A stretch of 60,157 bases of DNA, the filler included. It is 4 parts of 4 records of this genome, joined end to end, with 100 filler letters (N's around TTAATTAATTAA, not from the genome) between each part and the next. Parts side by side here need not be neighbours in the genome. Positions count along the whole stretch, not along the records: positions 8,402 to 20,629 come from DRR723986_95561; positions 20,730 to 29,524 come from DRR723986_96221; positions 29,625 to 60,157 come from DRR723986_96235; 1 more part is not named here. One strand, 5' to 3'. Made by a program: the position numbers and the translations under genes. A model generated the notes under the pieces. That model was not told the DNA's origin and ran no database searches. It saw nothing but the letters and a program-made list of their open reading frames with translations. Position 1 is the stretch's first letter. Each line of letters opens with the position of its first letter. Of the stretch, positions 20,101 to 30,205 are shown in pieces.

Positions 20101-20366
20101 ACAAAACCAATCATTGAAAAAACAAGTATTTCGGAGTTGTCAGGCATAGTAAGCACAAACTTCCCATCAATATCGGTAACAGTTCCAATGCTGGTACCTT
20201 TAACTAAAACATTTACTCCAGGAAGTCCGAATAGATCATTCTCTATAATCACTGTTCCTGTCACGGTGCGTTGTTGTGCATAAGAAGTATTCGATACAAG
20301 TAAAGCTCCAAAAAGCAATATCATGATTAATGAAAGCCTCTTATGAAAAGGTATTCTTGCATTCAT
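17190..20366 (-). CDS. susC: SusC/RagA family TonB-dependent transporter
   Basis: CarboxypepD-like N-domain; EVVVIGYG; ILKDAASTAIYGARASNGIVLVTTKKG; C-terminal YPNPR...LGF. Confidence 0.96.
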   Translation of the reverse strand: MNARIPFHKRLSLIMILLFGALLVSNTSYAQQRTVTGTVIIENDLFGLPGVNVLVKGTSIGTVTDIDGKFVLTMPDNSEILVFSMIGFVTQEVVVGSRSKVEITLSEDVNNLDEVVVIGYGTETKKNLTSAIAQVKADDLNEVVNNTISGALKGKATGVRIFNTSGAPGAQSSITIRGGSSINKSNSPLIIIDGMPGSLDNVAPQDVESIEILKDAASTAIYGARASNGIVLVTTKKGKANKTSFTSNVSYGYQQAGRTIDRLNGEQFLSVVRPALARSNFSSWLTLAHPAGTGNTDNSNFSTQYLNPGETVPVGWKSMPDPLDPSKTLIFEDTDVEDNLFTGGNVLNAYLSASGGNDRMKYMTSLNYTSDDSFVPNSTWQNLTLRANTTVAISNKLHLNTNLGFTRSFSNAINNQANLFSRSVHLAPTLRSVMPDGSTPGGRDERFNNPLHTLENTVYKTNTMQFMGRIGLEWDIIEGLVGKIDANYNPRVSHREYFQRSNSYNSNRPAEYYGDFDQTSLYEATLNYNKQLNEDHKIGVLLGVSSLGYNLYDYNAKSQGGSSDNIITLNASSEYLGNSSTRAREKLLSAFGRVSYNYKSKFLFSGTFRADGSSKFSKSNQVGFFPGASLGYILSEEDFLSDVSWLSFLKFRGSYGLTGNNSVGRFDYQGVWSISGVYNGEAASTPSSIPNEALSWEKSLQMDLGLEIGLFQDRLSLIMDYYDKKTKNLLFSKPLPNTSGFGSIESNIGEVKYYGFEIGVNALLVEKADFSLELGVNMSYNMNKVLRLPVNGFDKNRIGGIRFTDGTGVGGVAEGERMFGVIGYLPDFIIDNEDQAANAMYDFRAAGWDPATGKATTGKKFPGDYEWVDLNGDGQITNNDTQILGYVVPTTTGGMHTKVSYKGFELYVLTDFALGHSIYDRQISLLNAYGESGYITPTTDVLNAWQAEGDASKTNIPRFDVQDGSNTGQWNYYRTSTLNVYSGDYLAIREAKFSYSFNSKVLEKLNLSNLQVYASGLNLHYFTEYPGYITEYSGSNRNSGDQNYPNPRIISLGLNLGF

Positions 20367-20608
20367 TTTATTTTGGGTTAAGGTTAATTAAACTGTTTAA
20401 ACTTATTTATTTGGTGCAATGAAAACCATATAAAAACCATTTATAGGCAGTTTCGATTTAGTTAGCTAATTCATAAATCTCAAAAGGTAAGTCTCTAATT
20501 ATTGAATTATTTTTACTAGGAATTTCCAGCCAACCTGATTGGCCTATAAACGTAGATTACCACTAGTAACTAATAAGATGTTTTTCTATCGTACATCTTC
20601 TAACTCGT

Positions 20609-20629
20609 GGGTTTATTGAATGAACATGT
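20609..20629. repeat. 21-bp terminal direct repeat of contig 2, right copy
   Basis: Identical to 8402-8422. Confidence 0.95.
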
Positions 20630-20729
20630 NNNNNNNNNNNNNNNNNNNNNNNNNNNNNNNNNNNNNNNNNNNNTTAATTAATTAANNNNNNNNNNNNNNN
20701 NNNNNNNNNNNNNNNNNNNNNNNNNNNNN
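20630..20729. other. Artificial contig spacer
   Basis: Ns plus TTAATTAATTAA at 20674-20685. Confidence 0.99.
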
Positions 20730-20812
20730 TTTTCTAATTCTACACGAAACATTGCATTACCTAATGCTTCTACAATTGTTCCGTCTTGTTCTATGGATGG
20801 TTGTTTAGCCAT
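20730..20812 (-). CDS. infA: Translation initiation factor IF-1 (5' part, truncated by contig end; not in ORF track)
   Basis: Manual translation MAKQPSIEQDGTIVEALGNAMFRVELE; directly after secY. Confidence 0.95.
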
Positions 20813-20814
20813 AA

Positions 20815-22134
20815 TTACATTCCTGAAAATTCGTTAGCACCTCTTCTACCTCTGATTTTTCCACCTTCCATTAAACCGTCATAATGTCTGTTTAATAGAT
20901 AAGTTTCAATTTGTTGCAGTGTATCTAAAACTACACCTACCATAATCAGCATTGAAGTACCTCCCATGAACATAGCGAAGCTGTCACCAATTCCGAACAT
21001 CATTGCGAAAGCTGGAATAATTGCAATTGCTGCCAACATAAAAGATCCTGGGAAAGTAATTCTTGATAGAATTGTATCGATAAAGTCTGCTGTTTCAGTT
21101 CCAGGTTTAATACCAGGTACGAATCCACCATTTCTTTTTAAGTCATCTGCAATTTGCTTAGGGTTGATAGTAATCGCCGTATAGAAATACGTGAAAACAA
21201 TAATCATCACAGCAAAAACAAAGTTATACCAGAATCCTCTATAATCAGATAAAGCAACTAACACTGCATTATTAGATTGAATCATAGTTGGCACTGTCAT
21301 GATCGCCTGAGCAAAGATAATTGGCATTACCCCAGAAGCATTCACTTTTAATGGAATGTAAGATCTTTGACCTTGATCACCAGCTGATGCATCACCTACT
21401 ACTCTTTTAGCATAGTTAATTGGTACTCTACGAACACCTTGTACAATTAATACGGTAACCATAATGATGGCGAAGAATACTATCATTTCAACAATGAACA
21501 TGAAAATTCCACCAGCACCATTGTTTCTTTCTAAGAATTCTCCAAACACTGAGCCTGGGAATCTTGCCAAGATACCAACTGTAATTAATAAAGAGATACC
21601 GTTTCCAACACCTTTATCAGTGATTCTTTCACCTAACCACATTGCGAACATTGTTCCAGCAATTAGTAATGAGATTGAACTCACCCACCAAGTCATACCT
21701 GGATCCATAGCTCCTCCTGCGTTGATTACATACATTTGTAAGTATGAAGGACCTTGGAAAGCACAAATAACAATGGTTAAGATTCTTGTGTATCCGTTAA
21801 TTTTTCTTCTTCCACTTTCACCCTCTTTTTGCATTTTCTGAACCACCGGCACAGCCATTCCTAAAAGTTGCATAATAATGGAAGCCGAAATGTACGGCAT
21901 AATCCCTAGGGCCATTATTGATGCTTTTGAGAATGCTCCACCTGCAAAAAGGTCCAATAAACCAACCAATCCACCTGAATTTGAACCTCTACTTAAAGCA
22001 GCTTGATCAATTCCTGGTAGGATGATAAACGAACCAATTCTATAAATTAGGATAAGTCCTAATGTTAAAAGGATTCGATTACGAAGTTCTTCGACCTTCC
22101 AAATGTTCTTTAATGTTTCTATAAACTTTTTCAT
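20815..22134 (-). CDS. secY: Preprotein translocase subunit SecY
   Basis: GIMPYISASII; GNGISLLI; GVMPIIFA; FVPGIKPG; spc operon position. Confidence 0.99.
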   Translation of the reverse strand: MKKFIETLKNIWKVEELRNRILLTLGLILIYRIGSFIILPGIDQAALSRGSNSGGLVGLLDLFAGGAFSKASIMALGIMPYISASIIMQLLGMAVPVVQKMQKEGESGRRKINGYTRILTIVICAFQGPSYLQMYVINAGGAMDPGMTWWVSSISLLIAGTMFAMWLGERITDKGVGNGISLLITVGILARFPGSVFGEFLERNNGAGGIFMFIVEMIVFFAIIMVTVLIVQGVRRVPINYAKRVVGDASAGDQGQRSYIPLKVNASGVMPIIFAQAIMTVPTMIQSNNAVLVALSDYRGFWYNFVFAVMIIVFTYFYTAITINPKQIADDLKRNGGFVPGIKPGTETADFIDTILSRITFPGSFMLAAIAIIPAFAMMFGIGDSFAMFMGGTSMLIMVGVVLDTLQQIETYLLNRHYDGLMEGGKIRGRRGANEFSGM

Positions 22135-22153
22135 TCAGGTGATAAATCTGTTG

Positions 22154-22600
22154 TTAACAAACTTCTGCAGATCCACCAGCAGCTTCAATTGCCGCTTTAG
22201 CAGTAGCAGAGTATCCGTGTACTGTTACTTTTAAACTTGCTTTCAATTCACCTCTACCCAAAATTTTAACTAAATCTTTCTTAGCAACTAATCCATTTTC
22301 ATGTAAAACTGCTGGAGTGATTTCTTTAATTTTTTTAGTGTCAGCCAATGTTTGTAAAGCGTCAAGGTTAATTCCTTTGTACTCTACTCTATTGATGTTT
22401 TTGAAACCAAACTTAGGAACTCGTCTTTGTAAAGGCATTTGACCACCTTCGAACCCTACTTTCTTAGAGTAACCTGAACGAGATTTCGCACCTTTATGTC
22501 CTCTACCTGCAGTACCTGCAGATCCAGAACCTTGACCTCTACCAATTCTTTTGGTTGATTTAGTAGCGCCTTTAGCTGGTTGTAAATTATTTAATTTCAT
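22154..22600 (-). CDS. rplO: 50S ribosomal protein L15
   Basis: GRGQGSG; FEGGQMPLQRRVPKFGF. Confidence 0.99.
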   Translation of the reverse strand: MKLNNLQPAKGATKSTKRIGRGQGSGSAGTAGRGHKGAKSRSGYSKKVGFEGGQMPLQRRVPKFGFKNINRVEYKGINLDALQTLADTKKIKEITPAVLHENGLVAKKDLVKILGRGELKASLKVTVHGYSATAKAAIEAAGGSAEVC

Positions 22601-22635
22601 TTCTTTAATATAAAATGATTCAATGGAATCAATTA

Positions 22636-22812
22636 TTAGTCTACAATTTCGATTAGGTGAGATACTTTTTTAATCATCCCCATTACTTGAGGAGTACCTT
22701 CTTTTTCTATAACCTGGTTCAATTTTTTGAAACCTAGTGCTTGCAACGTTGCCTTTTGATCTTTCGGTCTGTTGATTGCACTTCTTGTTTGTTTAATCTT
22801 CACTTTTGCCAT
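22636..22812 (-). CDS. rpmD: 50S ribosomal protein L30 (58 aa, not in ORF track)
   Basis: Manual translation MAKVKIKQTRSAINRPKDQKATLQALGFKKLNQVIEKEGTPQVMGMIKKVSHLIEIVD. Confidence 0.97.
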   Translation of the reverse strand: MAKVKIKQTRSAINRPKDQKATLQALGFKKLNQVIEKEGTPQVMGMIKKVSHLIEIVD

Positions 22813-22823
22813 GGTTTCTTATA

Positions 22824-23333
22824 TTATCCGTTAAACACAGTATCAAGAGATACACCTCTATCCTTAGCAACTTGAACAGCATCTCTCATTTGTCCCAAAG
22901 CATCAAAAGTAGCTTTTACTACGTTGTGAGGATTTGAAGAACCTTGAGATTTAGCAAGAATATCAGTAATTCCAGCGCTTTCAAGAACAGCACGCATAGC
23001 ACCACCGGCGATAACACCTGTACCATGAGAAGCTGGTTTTAATAAAACTCTAGCTCCGGCATATTTACCTTTTTGTAAATGAGGAACCGTACCGTTAATG
23101 ATAGGAACTCTAATTAAGTTCTTTTTAGCATCATCAACACCTTTAGAAATAGCTTCAACTACCTCTTTAGCTTTACCAAGACCATGCCCAGCAATACCTT
23201 CTTCATTTCCAACTACAACAATTGCAGAGAAGCTGAAAGTACGTCCACCTTTAGTAACTTTCGTTACACGGTTTAACGCTACTAGCTTGTCTTTTAATTC
23301 AATGTCTGTTGATCTAATTTGTTTTGCTTTCAT
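22824..23333 (-). CDS. rpsE: 30S ribosomal protein S5
   Basis: [23 protein letters not shown]. Confidence 0.99.
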   Translation of the reverse strand: MKAKQIRSTDIELKDKLVALNRVTKVTKGGRTFSFSAIVVVGNEEGIAGHGLGKAKEVVEAISKGVDDAKKNLIRVPIINGTVPHLQKGKYAGARVLLKPASHGTGVIAGGAMRAVLESAGITDILAKSQGSSNPHNVVKATFDALGQMRDAVQVAKDRGVSLDTVFNG

Positions 23334-23339
23334 GTCTTC

Positions 23340-23693
23340 TTAAAATTTAAGTCCTCCTTCACGTGCACCATCAGCCAAAGATTTTACTCTTCCGTGATAT
23401 TGGTATCCATTTCTATCGAAAACTACTGCTGCAACACCTGCTTTTGTAGCTTTTTCTGCTAATTCTTTCCCAACGATTGCTGCTGCTTCAGATTTATTTT
23501 TACCTGCTGCTGCTTTATTTTTGAAAGATGAAGAAGACGCGATTGTCTTTCCTTCAACATCATCAATAATTTGAGCATAGATCTCTTTGTTAGATCTGAA
23601 AACACTCAATCTTGGTTGCTCAGAAGTTCCGAAAACATTTTTACGGATTCTTCTTTTAATTTTTGCTCTTTTTTCTACTTTCTTTGACGCCAT
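23340..23693 (-). CDS. rplR: 50S ribosomal protein L18
   Basis: [22 protein letters not shown]. Confidence 0.99.
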   Translation of the reverse strand: MASKKVEKRAKIKRRIRKNVFGTSEQPRLSVFRSNKEIYAQIIDDVEGKTIASSSSFKNKAAAGKNKSEAAAIVGKELAEKATKAGVAAVVFDRNGYQYHGRVKSLADGAREGGLKF

Positions 23694-23700
23694 AATTCAA

Positions 23701-24255
23701 TTATTTAGCGGCTGCTTTACCAGCTTTTCTTCTAATGTACTCGTCTTGGTATCTGATACCTTTTCCTTTGTAAGGCTCAGGTTTTCTTAGTGATCTGATT
23801 TTCGCAGCCACTTGTCCAACCAATTGCTTATCGTGAGACTCTAAAGTCACCACTGGAGCTTTACCTTTTTCAGTTTCAGCTGTAAGCTTCACTTCAGCAG
23901 GAAGTTCCATCACAACTGCGTGTGAGTAACCAATTACCATTTCCAATTGTTGTCCTTTAGCTACAGCTCTGTAACCAACACCGTGGAATTCTAATTTTTT
24001 AGTCCATCCTTTAGTCACACCTTCAATCATATTATAAACCAATGCACGATATAAACCGTGTTTTGCTCTATGATCTTTGTGTTCAGATGTTCTTGAGAAA
24101 ATCATTTCTCCACCTTCTTGTTTGATTTCAACAGCAGAAGAATCGTACTCTTGAGTCAATTCACCTTTCGGTCCTTTAACGGTAATGATGTCATTATCGA
24201 TTTTGATCTCAACGCCATCTACTACACTAACCGGGTTATTTCCTATTCTAGACAT
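23701..24255 (-). CDS. rplF: 50S ribosomal protein L6
   Basis: MSRIG; PEPYKGKGIRY. Confidence 0.99.
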   Translation of the reverse strand: MSRIGNNPVSVVDGVEIKIDNDIITVKGPKGELTQEYDSSAVEIKQEGGEMIFSRTSEHKDHRAKHGLYRALVYNMIEGVTKGWTKKLEFHGVGYRAVAKGQQLEMVIGYSHAVVMELPAEVKLTAETEKGKAPVVTLESHDKQLVGQVAAKIRSLRKPEPYKGKGIRYQDEYIRRKAGKAAAK

Positions 24256-24273
24256 AACTTATCTTCTAAAATT

Positions 24274-24666
24274 TTAATATACGTGACAGATTACTTCACC
24301 ACCAATGTTTCCGTTTCTTGCTTCTTTATCAGTGATCACACCTTTAGAAGTAGAAATGATTGCAATTCCCAATCCGTTTAACACTCTTGGTAGCTCAGAG
24401 GCACCTACATATTTTCTTAATCCTGGTTTACTAATTCTTTCAATCTTTTTGATTGCTGGAACATTTTGGTTGTATTTCAAAGCAATTTTGATTACCCCTT
24501 GTTTTCCATCATCCTCAAATTTGTGAGAAAGAATGTATCCCTTTTCTTCTAAGATCTTAGTGATCTCTTTTTTAATTTTTGACGCAGGAATCTCTACCAC
24601 TTTGTGACGAGCCATTTGAGCGTTTCTAACACGCGTCAAATAATCTGCTATTGGATCTGTATACAT
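24274..24666 (-). CDS. rpsH: 30S ribosomal protein S8
   Basis: [26 protein letters not shown]. Confidence 0.99.
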   Translation of the reverse strand: MYTDPIADYLTRVRNAQMARHKVVEIPASKIKKEITKILEEKGYILSHKFEDDGKQGVIKIALKYNQNVPAIKKIERISKPGLRKYVGASELPRVLNGLGIAIISTSKGVITDKEARNGNIGGEVICHVY

Positions 24667-24733
24667 TTACTTTTTGTTTTAGACTTGAGACCGTCTCATT
24701 TTGATGTGGTCCCAGTTTCTTAATATATTCTTT

Positions 24734-25021
24734 TTACCAGCTGGCTTTAGTAACACCTGGGATCTTTCCTTGTAAGGCCATTTCTCTAAATGTTACACGA
24801 GAAATTCCAAATTGTCTCATATAACCTCTTGGTCTTCCAGTTAATCCACATCTGTTGTGTACTCTGATACCCATTGAGTTTTTAGGAAGTTTTTGTAATG
24901 CCATCATAGCATCCCAATCACCTTCAGCAATTTTCTTTCTCAGTTCAGCTCTTTTTTCAGCATGTTGAGCAGCAAGTTTAATTCTCTTACGTTCTTTTGC
25001 TTTCATTGATTCTTTAGCCAT
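24734..25021 (-). CDS. rpsN: 30S ribosomal protein S14 (non-zinc-ribbon form)
   Basis: [19 protein letters not shown]. Confidence 0.98.
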   Translation of the reverse strand: MAKESMKAKERKRIKLAAQHAEKRAELRKKIAEGDWDAMMALQKLPKNSMGIRVHNRCGLTGRPRGYMRQFGISRVTFREMALQGKIPGVTKASW

Positions 25022-25025
25022 CTTC

Positions 25026-25577
25026 TTAGTTTTTTACGAAAGGGAATCTGAAAGCTTCTAAAAGCGCTTTTGCTTCTTCATCAGAATCTGTTGAAGTCAC
25101 GAAAGTGATGTCCATTCCTAATATTTTATTTACTTGATCGATATCAATTTCAGGGAAAATGATGTGCTCAGTGATTCCCATGTTGAAGTTTCCTCTACCA
25201 TCAAAACCTTTAGCGCTAATTCCTCTAAAATCTCTTGTTCTAGGTAAAGCGATATTGATTAATCTGTCAAGGAATTCATACATTTTTTCACCTCTTAGAG
25301 TTACCATAACTCCAACTGGCATTCCTTTTCTCAATTTGAAATTTGAGATATCCTTTTTTGAAATAGTCGAAACAGGTTGTTGACCAGCGATTAAAGCCAT
25401 ATCCTTCATTGCTGAATCAATGATCTTTTTATCTGCAACAGCCTCACCTAACCCTTGGCTAAGTACGATCTTTTTCAATTTTGGTACTCTCATGTCTGAT
25501 TTAAAACCAAACTGCTCTTGTAATTGCTTAGCAATTTCGTTTGAGTACTTTTCTTTAAGTCTTGGTGTATAGCTCAT
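25026..25577 (-). CDS. rplE: 50S ribosomal protein L5
   Basis: [20 protein letters not shown]. Confidence 0.99.
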   Translation of the reverse strand: MSYTPRLKEKYSNEIAKQLQEQFGFKSDMRVPKLKKIVLSQGLGEAVADKKIIDSAMKDMALIAGQQPVSTISKKDISNFKLRKGMPVGVMVTLRGEKMYEFLDRLINIALPRTRDFRGISAKGFDGRGNFNMGITEHIIFPEIDIDQVNKILGMDITFVTSTDSDEEAKALLEAFRFPFVKN

Positions 25578-25894
25578 TACTTAACTACCTCCCCATTCTT
25601 TTTTAAGTATCTAACTGATTTTCCATTCTCGTCTTTCTTGCGTCCAACTTTAGATGCAACTCCATTAACTACTAACATAACGTTAGAGATGTGAATTCCA
25701 GCTTCAGCTTCTTCAATTCCACCTTGTGGATTTGACGCACTAGGCTTAACGTGTTTTTTAACAACGTTAACACCTTCAACGATCACACGATTCTTGCTTC
25801 GGTCAATGCTCAGCACTTTTCCTTCGCTTCCTCTTGACGTTCCGCTAATCACTTTTACAGTGTCACCGATTTTTACGTGTACTTTCTTTTGCAT
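25577..25894 (-). CDS. rplX: 50S ribosomal protein L24
   Basis: [12 protein letters not shown] motif; IHISNV. Confidence 0.99.
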   Translation of the reverse strand: MQKKVHVKIGDTVKVISGTSRGSEGKVLSIDRSKNRVIVEGVNVVKKHVKPSASNPQGGIEEAEAGIHISNVMLVVNGVASKVGRKKDENGKSVRYLKKNGEVVK

Positions 25895-25906
25895 TTCTTC
25901 AAATTT

Positions 25907-26275
25907 TTAGAGTACCTCAGGCGCTAATGAAACAACTTTCATGTATTGTTTATCTCTCAGCTCTCTAGCGACAGGTCCGAAAATACGGGTACCTCTCATC
26001 TCTCCAGCTTCATTCAATAAAACAACTGCGTTGTCATCAAATCTGATGTAAGATCCATCTGGTCTTCTAATTTCTTTTTTTGTTCTAACAACCACAGCTT
26101 TACAGACTTGTCCTTTTTTGACATTTCCTTGTGGCATAGCATTCTTGATAGAAACAACTATTTTGTCACCGATAGAAGCATATCTTCTTTTAGTTCCGCC
26201 TAATACACGAATACAAAGAACTTCTTTGGCTCCACTGTTGTCTGCTACTGCTAATCTACTTTCCTGTTGAATCAT
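25907..26275 (-). CDS. rplN: 50S ribosomal protein L14
   Basis: [24 protein letters not shown]. Confidence 0.99.
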   Translation of the reverse strand: MIQQESRLAVADNSGAKEVLCIRVLGGTKRRYASIGDKIVVSIKNAMPQGNVKKGQVCKAVVVRTKKEIRRPDGSYIRFDDNAVVLLNEAGEMRGTRIFGPVARELRDKQYMKVVSLAPEVL

Positions 26276-26283
26276 TGGTCTTC

Positions 26284-26544
26284 TTATTTAGCTCTTTCAA
26301 CAATTTCTACTAATCTCCAGTTCTTGTTCTTCGACAATTTTCTTGTTTCCATGATTCTCACCGTATCGCCAATATTGCAATCGTTGTTTTCATCATGAGC
26401 AACGAATTTAGTCGTTTTCTTCACGAACTTACCGTACATAGGGTGCTTCACTTTACGCTCAACGGCAACCACAATTGATTTCTCCATTTTGTCGCTAGTT
26501 ACTAGACCAATACGCTCTTTTCTTAAATTTCTCTTGTTCTCCAT
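26284..26544 (-). CDS. rpsQ: 30S ribosomal protein S17
   Basis: [26 protein letters not shown]. Confidence 0.99.
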   Translation of the reverse strand: MENKRNLRKERIGLVTSDKMEKSIVVAVERKVKHPMYGKFVKKTTKFVAHDENNDCNIGDTVRIMETRKLSKNKNWRLVEIVERAK

Positions 26545-26579
26545 TACAGAAAGTTTCTTTTAATTAGGTTAAAAAACCA

Positions 26580-26798
26580 CTATGCCTCAACAGCTTGTGT
26601 TAATGACTCGGCGATTTCTCTACCTCTTAATTCTGTGTTTAATCGAGCAATAACTTTACGATTAGCTCTAAGTTGCAGTGGATTTTCTAATTGAGTCACA
26701 GAGTGCGCAAGAATCAACTTATTTTGTTGTTCTGTTAGCTCTTCGATTTTCTCTTTTAAATCAGCTACTGACAATTCTTTAATTTCTGATGCTTTCAT
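26580..26798 (-). CDS. rpmC: 50S ribosomal protein L29
   Basis: MKASEIKEL; LENP...IARLNT; operon position. Confidence 0.97.
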   Translation of the reverse strand: MKASEIKELSVADLKEKIEELTEQQNKLILAHSVTQLENPLQLRANRKVIARLNTELRGREIAESLTQAVEA

Positions 26799-26807
26799 CT
26801 CTTAAAA

Positions 26808-27230
26808 TTATTTCTCTACGTAATCTTTACGAACTATGAATTTACATTTAAGCGGAAGCTTTTGAGCTGCGAGACGCATAGCTTCTCTTGCAGTTTCTAA
26901 AGGCACCCCTTCTGCTTCAAATAAAATTCTACCAGGTCTGACAACGGCAACCCAATGGCTTGGAGCACCTTTACCTTTACCCATCCTTACCTCTGCAGGC
27001 TTAGCGGTCACTGGTTTGTCAGGAAAAATACGAATCCATACTTTTCCTTCTCTTTTCATGTATCTGGTAACGGCGATACGTGAAGCTTCTATTTGACGAG
27101 ATGTAATCCATCCCGGCTCTAATGTTTTAAGACCGAAAGATCCGAAAGCAATTTGACTACCTCTTTGAGCTAATCCTCTGTTTCTTCCCTTCTGGGCTTT
27201 TCTAAATTTTGTTCTTTTCGGCTGTAACAT
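26808..27230 (-). CDS. rplP: 50S ribosomal protein L16
   Basis: [18 protein letters not shown]. Confidence 0.99.
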   Translation of the reverse strand: MLQPKRTKFRKAQKGRNRGLAQRGSQIAFGSFGLKTLEPGWITSRQIEASRIAVTRYMKREGKVWIRIFPDKPVTAKPAEVRMGKGKGAPSHWVAVVRPGRILFEAEGVPLETAREAMRLAAQKLPLKCKFIVRKDYVEK

Positions 27231-27247
27231 GATTGTACTGCTTTTTC

Positions 27248-27323
27248 TTAGATATTAGATTCTAGATTAAAGACTAAAGACAATTTTCGTTTAACTAAAC
27301 AATCTTGTACTTGAGACTTCAGA
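27248..27323. repeat. Degenerate heptamer tandem repeats in the rpsC-rplP spacer
   Basis: ttagata-ttagatt-ctagatt-aaagact-aaagaca (27248-27282) and tcttgta-cttgaga-cttcaga (27303-27323). Confidence 0.65.
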
Positions 27324-27346
27324 TATAGTTTCTTTTACCCCATTAT

Positions 27347-28060
27347 TTATTTTCTTCTATTCTGAAATTTCGGATTTCTGTTGTTACCTCCGCTTTTCTT
27401 TTGTTGTAAACCAACATTCGGAGATAAGTCTCTTTTTCCGTAAACTTCACCTTTACAAATCCACACTTTAATTCCGATTCTACCGTAAGTGGTATGCGCC
27501 TCAGAAAGTGCGTAATCGATTTCAGCTCTAAAAGTATGTAAAGGAGTTCTTCCTTCTTTATACATTTCAGATCTAGCCATCTCAGCTCCGTTTAATCTTC
27601 CAGAAATCTTAATCTTAATTCCTTCTGCTCCCATTCTCATAGTTGAAGCGATTGCCATTTTAATGGCTCTTCTGAATGAAATTCTACCTTCGATTTGTCT
27701 CGCAACAGAATCAGCTACTAACTTAGCATCTAATTCAGGTCGTTTGATTTCGAAGATGTTGATTTGAACTTCTTTTCCAGTTACTTTCTTCAACTCTTCT
27801 TTTAATTTATCAACCTCTTTACCACCTTTACCAATGATTACTCCTGGTCTTGCAGTATTGATAGTTACCGTAACTAACTTGATGGTACGCTCAATGATAA
27901 TTTTAGAGATACTTGCCTTTTGGAGTCTCACCATTAGGTAGTTTCTGATTTTATCATCCTCTACAATTTTCGCAGAGTAGTCGTTTCCTCCAAACCAATT
28001 AGACTCCCATCCTTGGATGAATCCTAATCTATTTCCTATCGGATTTGTTTTTTGTCCCAT
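27347..28060 (-). CDS. rpsC: 30S ribosomal protein S3
   Basis: [25 protein letters not shown]. Confidence 0.99.
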   Translation of the reverse strand: MGQKTNPIGNRLGFIQGWESNWFGGNDYSAKIVEDDKIRNYLMVRLQKASISKIIIERTIKLVTVTINTARPGVIIGKGGKEVDKLKEELKKVTGKEVQINIFEIKRPELDAKLVADSVARQIEGRISFRRAIKMAIASTMRMGAEGIKIKISGRLNGAEMARSEMYKEGRTPLHTFRAEIDYALSEAHTTYGRIGIKVWICKGEVYGKRDLSPNVGLQQKKSGGNNRNPKFQNRRK

Positions 28061-28066
28061 CAGTTA

Positions 28067-28465
28067 TTAATTTTTTACGCTATCAACTATGATAGTAGTG
28101 TGGTTAGATCTTTTTCTAATTCTGTGTGCTCTACCCTGAGGTGCAGGTTGAATTCTTTTCAACATACCTGCGTGATCCACTCTGATTTCAGAAACAATTA
28201 ATGTTTCATCTTCTAAGTTTTTATCCTCATTCTTTTGCTCCCAGTTAGCAATTGCTGATCTCAACAATTTTTCTAATCTACCAGCTGCATCTTTAGAATT
28301 ATGCGATAAAATATTTAAGGCCTTATTTACTTCAACACCTCTTACGATATCAGCAACTAATCTCATTTTTCTAGCTGAGATTGGGCAATCGTTCAATTTC
28401 GCAATTGCGACTTTGCTTTTCGCCTCTTTTAGTTGTTCTGCTTTTAATCTTTTTCTAGCTCCCAT
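28067..28465 (-). CDS. rplV: 50S ribosomal protein L22
   Basis: [27 protein letters not shown]. Confidence 0.99.
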   Translation of the reverse strand: MGARKRLKAEQLKEAKSKVAIAKLNDCPISARKMRLVADIVRGVEVNKALNILSHNSKDAAGRLEKLLRSAIANWEQKNEDKNLEDETLIVSEIRVDHAGMLKRIQPAPQGRAHRIRKRSNHTTIIVDSVKN

Positions 28466-28483
28466 TGTACTTATGTTAGACTA

Positions 28484-28756
28484 TTATTTCTTTCCTTTTT
28501 TATCAGCGTGACCTCTGAATGTTCTTGTAGGTGCAAATTCTCCTAATTTGTGTCCTACCATGTTTTCAGTCACATATACAGGAATGAATTTATTACCATT
28601 GTGAACCGCGATCGTCAATCCTACAAAATCAGGAGTGATAGTTGATGATCTCGACCAAGTCTTAATCACAGCTTTCTTTGAAGATTCTTGCGCTTCGTCA
28701 ACCCTTTTCATTAGTTTGTAATGAACAAAAGGAGGTTTTTTTAATGATCTACTCAT
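28484..28756 (-). CDS. rpsS: 30S ribosomal protein S19
   Basis: [18 protein letters not shown]. Confidence 0.99.
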   Translation of the reverse strand: MSRSLKKPPFVHYKLMKRVDEAQESSKKAVIKTWSRSSTITPDFVGLTIAVHNGNKFIPVYVTENMVGHKLGEFAPTRTFRGHADKKGKK

Positions 28757-28759
28757 GCC

Positions 28760-29524
<765 letters not shown>

Positions 29525-29624
29525 NNNNNNNNNNNNNNNNNNNNNNNNNNNNNNNNNNNNNNNNNNNNTTAATTAATTAANNNNNNNNNNNNNNNNNNNN
29601 NNNNNNNNNNNNNNNNNNNNNNNN
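29525..29624. other. Artificial contig spacer
   Basis: Ns plus TTAATTAATTAA at 29569-29580. Confidence 0.99.
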
Positions 29625-29978
29625 ATCATCATCGTCATCATCATCATCATCATCGTCTCCTGAAGCACCAGTGCGATCAAAAGGGTTTCCATTACTCGAA
29701 GAAGCTGATGTATAGGCAGAAAATCCTACATCTATAGTCAATACATCATCCGCATTTATTGGCATACTTACCACTATAGTACCTGTTAAATCTGTTAATT
29801 CTTCAGTACCAATACCACCAGTAACTGAAGCATTGTTCCCATCTTGTGCATAGTACGTGCTTAAAAAATCAATTTCTGTAGATTCTAAGACTTTCTTTTT
29901 ATAAACCTTTGTAGAATCTTGTTGAGCTGATATTGCTGTACTGACTAAGATTAATATGTATATGAGAACTTTATTCAC
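29625..29978 (-). CDS. DUF3570 family outer-membrane protein, N-terminal part (3'-truncated at a poly-Asp tract)
   Basis: Signal peptide; YYAQDGNNASVTGGIGTEEL; SAYTSASS; TGASG; context with DUF4266 and ApbE. Confidence 0.8.
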
Positions 29979-29993
29979 TTAATTATTAATTGC

Positions 29994-30203
29994 TTAATTA
30001 CATCCACAGCCACCTCCTGATTTACCTCCATTGGCACCCGACGCTCCTTCTCTATACACTTGATAACTTGTTGAGAAGCGTTTTAACTTCTTCTGAGCTA
30101 ATGTCATATCTGAATCATTTAAATTAACCTTTTCGTATTCTCTTACAACTTTACAAGAGTTAAAGAAAATGGCCATTATAAAAATTAAGACTAATTTTTT
30201 CAT
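29994..30203 (-). CDS. DUF4266 family small lipoprotein
   Basis: FNSC lipobox; C-terminal REGASGANGGKSGGGCGCN. Confidence 0.88.
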   Translation of the reverse strand: MKKLVLIFIMAIFFNSCKVVREYEKVNLNDSDMTLAQKKLKRFSTSYQVYREGASGANGGKSGGGCGCN

Positions 30204-30205
30204 AT

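Noticed and set aside
24734-25021. S14 without a zinc ribbon; secY directly followed by infA without map or adk
   Set aside because: Ordinary for Flavobacteriales-type operons
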